From NCBI RefSeq assembly GCF_963506605.1, contig NC_083278.1:67518001-67582000 (forward strand): a DNA stretch of 64,000 bases, read 5' to 3'. Source of the stretch: Zootoca vivipara. Taxonomy: Eukaryota. This document shows positions 59,018-64,000 of this stretch, in pieces. The notes under the pieces were generated by a model that saw nothing but the letters and a program-made list of their open reading frames with translations, was not told where the DNA came from and ran no database searches. Both the position numbers and the translations under genes were made by a program. Every line of letters starts with the position of its first letter. The stretch's first letter is position 1.

Positions 59018-62000
59018 TAATAATAATAAATAACAACTTTTTATTCATACCCCACCCTTCCCGATTTGAAAACCGGGCTCAGGGTGACTAACAGCAAATA
59101 TAAACATTTATTAAAAGTGACTCAAAAACAGCTTAAAAACAGCATAAAATACAACATAAATGTAGCATCCATGCCAATAAAATTCAAAAAAAATCAGGGT
59201 CATTTTTTTTGGGGGGGGGGACCCAGTTTAGTAAACATCAAGTGATCGCCAGGGCTAACTGGCCGAGTTAGTCCTGGTAGGGCCAGCAAGGAGACCAGGG
59301 AAGAGTTTAAATGTGGGGTCCCAGAAGGGTTTCTTCATAGAAAAGGGAATGGAGGATCAGGCTAATTCAAATTGAAGGCCAGGCGGAATAGCTCTGTCTT
59401 ACAGGCCCTGTGGAAGGAGATCAAGTCCTGCAGGGCCCTAGTCTCGCGTGACAGAGCATTCCACCAGGTCGGAGCCATCACTGAAAAAGCCCTTTCTAAA
59501 TAAAGGTCCTTAGGTCACTGGAGGCAGAACACAAAATTGGCTCTGTTATACTTTACTAGGCTGCCTCCCTGTTAGCCATTTATGGCACATCTGTTCATTA
59601 TTTGGACTCATTCCAATCTGGCTTCAGAGAGCAGGACAGGGGGAGCGAGACCTTTATTCTATATCTTGATCTGCTCTGGGGAATGAGAATTGGGGACAGT
59701 GTATTTCAGTGGTTCCAATCCTACCTTCAGGACTGAGTCCAGAGAGTAGCCTTGGAAAGAGTGCCTTTCACCCCCCTGACGACTATGCTATGGGGTGCCA
59801 TAGGGAGTATTTTATATCCAGTGCTATTTAATAACTATATGAAGGCATTGGGAGTGGACAAGAGGAGGATTCCAACACTCAGTTCAATTTCTCCATAACA
59901 TCTGAATCAAGAGGGGCTGTGCGATCCCATGGCCATTGCCTGGATGCAGTAGTGAAATAGATGAGGAATAACAAGTTGAGTTTGAATCCTGGCAAGACAG
60001 AGGCACTCTGAGTGAGTCGTACCTGTGTCTGAGAAATTGGTCAGTTTCCTGCTGTGGAAGGGTTTGTACCAGGCATCCCCAAACTTCGGCCCTCCAGATG
60101 TTTTGGACTACAATTCCCATCATCCCTGACCACTGGTCCTGTTAGCTAGGGATCATGGGCGTTGTAGGCCAAAACATCTGGAGGGCCGCAGTTTGGGGAT
60201 GCCTGGTTTGTACTTTGTCTGAAGCAGCAAATCTGTGGTTTGGAGGGTGCTTCTGGATCCAGCTTTGTCACTGGAGGCACAGAAAGCCTCAGTTGACCAA
60301 CTGTGGCTGGTTTGACTGCTATGGACCAAAATACATTTATACAACAGTTATAATTGGCAGTCAGAGGCCAGGGTGGTGTGATGAAATCTCAGCAGTTTAT
60401 GCATGTGGGCTGATGCATAGGTGGTGCACAAAGCGCACGCATGCCAACGTACGGTTTCTGTCCTGTCTTGCTTCAGTTGATGGTGAAGAAGATAAGTCCA
60501 CAGCATCGCTGGCAGCTGGAAAATACTTCTTACGATTCTTGTCGGAGAGAGCGAATTCTGTTCTCTGCAAGGGGTTTCACCAACCTTTTCCACACACTAG
60601 TTAAAGCAAAGAAGGTAGATCCCACTTTCTTTAGGTTTTTTAAATTAAAAAATAATAATAATAACAATTCAGATGTAAAGTCACAGTAGTAGAAAATTCA
60701 AAATAACTTTTGAAAAGCTTAACAGAATATGTATATCCATATGAAGGTATACTTATACAGGTGTTATCAATTAAAATTGTACTGGCCTAGTGATAGCTGA
60801 ATTTTTATATATGAAATGACCAGAGCCATTGAAATTCGGCTGGTGATCTGTGATAAGCTCAATAACTAAGCATCACTAGGCCTTTATTTTGTAAATTGCA
60901 TTTGCTTTCTTAAAGGGCCTAGTATAAACATATTCCCATTAACCACTGTTCAGCAGTGCTGTGTTTTTGACAATCTTACCTTTTCTCTCTGCAGCCACTG
61001 GTGGGACACAATATGCTGATGGATCTTCTGCATCTGCATGAGAACTTTTACAAGCCCCTCCCTGGTAATGCCACTTCCAGCTTCAATCAAAAAAGAGACT
61101 TTTGTATCCTTCCCCCAGTAGGATCCTTGCTTCTGATCCTTACCTCTGCTTTAGGAACTGATCTATTTCTGGTTATTGGTCAAGCTATTGTCAGCAGCTT
61201 AGTTGTTCATTAACAAGCAAACATCGCCATCTTCTCTCTCATTGTTTTTTTTTAAAGAAAACTACGAGGAATTTAAAAAGAACATACATGCCTTGTTTCC
61301 TGTTGTCATGGACACAAAGAACATAGTAAAGGCCACCTGGAAGGTAACTCTCATTGGCTGCTGATGCTCAATATTGCCTCTCCTCTTGCCCCTCTCTCAC
61401 TGTGTCAATGTCCCAGGTTCAGTCCTCAGCAAAGGATCTTGGCTACAGCTAAGAAATGCCTTTTGCTTAAAACATTGGTGGGCCACTGCCGGTCAGAGTA
61501 GACAAGACTGGCCTAGAATAATTTAAAGCCTGACAGTTCTATATGTTCAGAAAATGAGCAAGGAAACTCAATTTTTGTCTCCTTTCCAAAGAGCAGTGAC
61601 AACTTCTGTCTGTCGCCCACTGTTTCTTCCCAGAAGTGGAGCAGCGATCCGTATTAGTAGTACTTGATAGTTCTTAGTGTCATCCCGTTGTTGGGATTGT
61701 GACTCGTCATGTCATCCCACATGAAGGCAAAATGTGTGCTGTAGACAGGACAATTCACAGTGTTGGTGCTGACTTTTAAAGCCCTAAATGGTCTTGTGTT
61801 TTTAATATTCTGTTGGGAGCCGCCCAGAGTGGCTGGGGAAACCCAGCCAGATAGGCAGGATATAAATAATTTATTATTATCATTATTATTATTAGAGTGG
61901 TTGTAATTGTCACATTCAGCAGGGCTTTAGGGGAAGGGTGCATTATGGGACTTGACAGATTTTCTTTGATGTGGTTGGCATTCCCAAGCTTGTATACTTG

Positions 62001-63411
62001 GATGCCTTGGGAACAACATGATAGGCTTAATGATTGGGGGCTGGAGGAGGTGCTGAAACTGTATGGCCAAACAAGTGGAAACCTTGCCTTTTGAGTCAGT
62101 GTGTGAATGAGAAGGTGATAGCACAACAGTTTCTAGTCGTGGGTTACGGCTTTGGTGTTCTATTCCTAAGGGCATGTTGTATGTTACAATCCTGGTATGG
62201 CTGCTGCTAAGATTTCTACCTGTGTGTATCCGAGTTGCATGAAATGGCATACAGAACATTTCGAAGTGGCTGAATTGACTGACCCACAGTGAAGCTCTAT
62301 TCCAGTTGTTCAGTAAATGTGCAGTAATCCTGTATCTTCATGAGTTTAATGATGTTGGAGGGGTCAGGGCCTTAGAAGACAAACAATGGTATAAGAAGCT
62401 TCAAGAACAGACATGTTGCACTAGAGTAGTTGATGTCCTATGCAGTGCAATCCATTGTTACTTTGTGAACCTCCAGCTCTTTCAATGCCACCAGAAAGCT
62501 TTTCTAAATTCTTCCTTTTAAACAGGAGTTCCAGTTTCCTCAAGCTGATAATCTTTTGGAGGTTTATAAAGTACTGAACAGGTGAGCCATTTTATTTGTG
62601 TGTGTGTGTGTCGCCATTGGTTTTATCACTAAGTTTGCCTGTCTGAAAAAGAAACACAACAAGTTGTTCTAGAATTCAATCAGGATTTTTTTTGGGGGGT
62701 GGGGGTGGCGGTCATGTCCTGCAGATGTTGACCCCATGATCAGCTTAATATCTGTTCTTCTGTCAAATATCTCTGAAGAAATTATACATTGTTTGCCCAG
62801 TAGTCCTGTATCTTCTGCGTGAAATGGCCCTCATAGGCTGTAGATCTCAGGGTAACATTAAGAATCAGTGAATGGACAACTGGTCTGCAGAATTTAAGAC
62901 CATGGGGAGTATAATTACAGATTGGGGAAGGGACTTAACACCTGGATAGGAGAAAAATTAAATTGTTGCCTTCCAGTTTTGAATATGTTTTGCACTGCAC
63001 AGTGATTAACACCTATCTGACCACAAATGGTTTTTTAAAAAGAATTTGAACACCCTTTGCCTCTTCTAAAAGAAAAAGACAGCCCAGTCTTTCTATTTAA
63101 CTAGAAAGACAAGACAAGGAGGACATACAATAACTTTCATATAAATAGGCACAATGGCTATATTCTTTTTCCATTGTTGGAAGTAATATACCTTTGAATA
63201 CCAGTTGCTATTCCATTCAGGTTGTATTTGCAGGCTTCCCATGGGCATTTGGTTGGCCACTGATAGAACAGGATGCTGGACTTGGGTCTGATCCAGCAGG
63301 GCTCTTCTTAAGAACTGAAAGCTTGACAATTGATACCTTTCAGCAGTGACATGAATCCCACAAACCAGCCTTGTCCAGAGATCTTTTATGCAAGCGACTG
63401 CCTCAGATACG
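54095..63411 (+). CDS. PNLDC1: PARN-like ribonuclease (piRNA 3' trimmer, CAF1/DEDD family), exons 1-13; continues beyond the window
   Basis: Exons: 54095-54170, 55962-56019, 56126-56199, 56841-56871, 56989-57112, 57517-57605, 57707-57807, 58717-58796, 60477-60614, 60995-61064, 61258-61343, 62526-62581, 63344/63347-63411, with consistent phases. Motifs: DFVGIDMEFTG (ExoI), GFDYNKFLKDGIPYMN, PLVGHNMLMD (ExoII), DTK. Syntenic with MRPL18. Confidence 0.94.
58975..59033. repeat. (AAT)n microsatellite, tail of a minus-strand LINE fragment (~59034-59490)
   Basis: Directly visible. Confidence 0.9.
60070..60205. mobile_element. ~135-bp palindromic hAT MITE (same family)
   Basis: Same TIRs; TSD GTTTGTAC. 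Confidence 0.88.
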
Positions 63412-63852
63412 GTATGTCTGGCTATGGAAACAAATTCTTGGCATGTAGTCATTAACCTTAATAAGTACTACGATTGATATGTTTTCAATTGCTTTCATCA
63501 CAGCAAAGTCACAAGGAGCTTTGAACAGGATTGTGAGGCACATAGCTTTGCATTTCTACCCCTTGCAAAACAACATCAAACCTGTGGTTACGTGAAATAC
63601 ACTCAACAAACACACATGCACCAAACTGTTCCTTCTGCTCTTGTTCCCTACCTACTACTGCAGTCCACAACACTGGGGAAATAGAAGCTTAAGGCATTCT
63701 GCAAGGCCAAAATCAGCGATGAACCTCCGACAGGCTTTGCATGATACTACTTCTACTGCCAGACCAAACTCAAGTGGGATGTGATTGCAACTTAATGATG
63801 GGATCTGATGATATTGCTTCAGAATCATTGTAGAGACTGCCATGCTCTAGAT

Positions 63853-63988
63853 CAGGCACCCCCAAACTGCGACCCTCCAGATGTTTTGGCCTGCAACTCC
63901 CATGATCCCTAGCTAACAGGACCAGTGGTCGGGAAAGATGGGAATTGTAGTCCAAAACATCTGGAGGGCTGAAGTTTGGGGATGCCTG
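63853..63988. mobile_element. ~135-bp palindromic hAT MITE (same family)
   Basis: Same TIRs; TSD CTCTAGAT/ATCTAGAT. Confidence 0.88.
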
Positions 63989-64000
63989 ATCTAGATTCTT

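Overview
Vertebrate genomic DNA, squamate and probably lacertid lizard (Sauria SINEs, RTE-BovB fragments, lizard-type MITEs). It holds the conserved WTAP-ACAT2-TCP1-MRPL18-PNLDC1 cluster. I traced the exons by hand from splice sites, reading phase and recalled protein sequences. WTAP (-) has coding exons 2-6 here, with its last exons off the left edge. ACAT2 (+) is complete (9 exons, 396 aa), TCP1/CCT-alpha (-) is complete (12 exons, 558 aa, one U12-type intron) and MRPL18 (+) is complete (4 exons, 187 aa). PNLDC1 (+) has exons 1-13 and runs off the right edge. TCP1 introns host SNORA20-like and SNORA29-like H/ACA snoRNAs. Most notable: a young Penelope-like insertion between the convergent ACAT2 and TCP1 3' ends forms a ~92-bp near-perfect hairpin, carries a minimal type I hammerhead ribozyme motif and supplies AATAAA signals in both directions. 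Also notable: a possible ACAT2/TCP1 3' overlap signal outside mammals; a multi-exit regulatory intron 6 in WTAP (read-through stop, extended alternative last exon, candidate poison exon); SNORA29 in an unexpected intron plus a candidate extra H/ACA RNA; and WTAP inverted relative to the mammalian gene order. No searches were run, and all comparisons to human come from memory.
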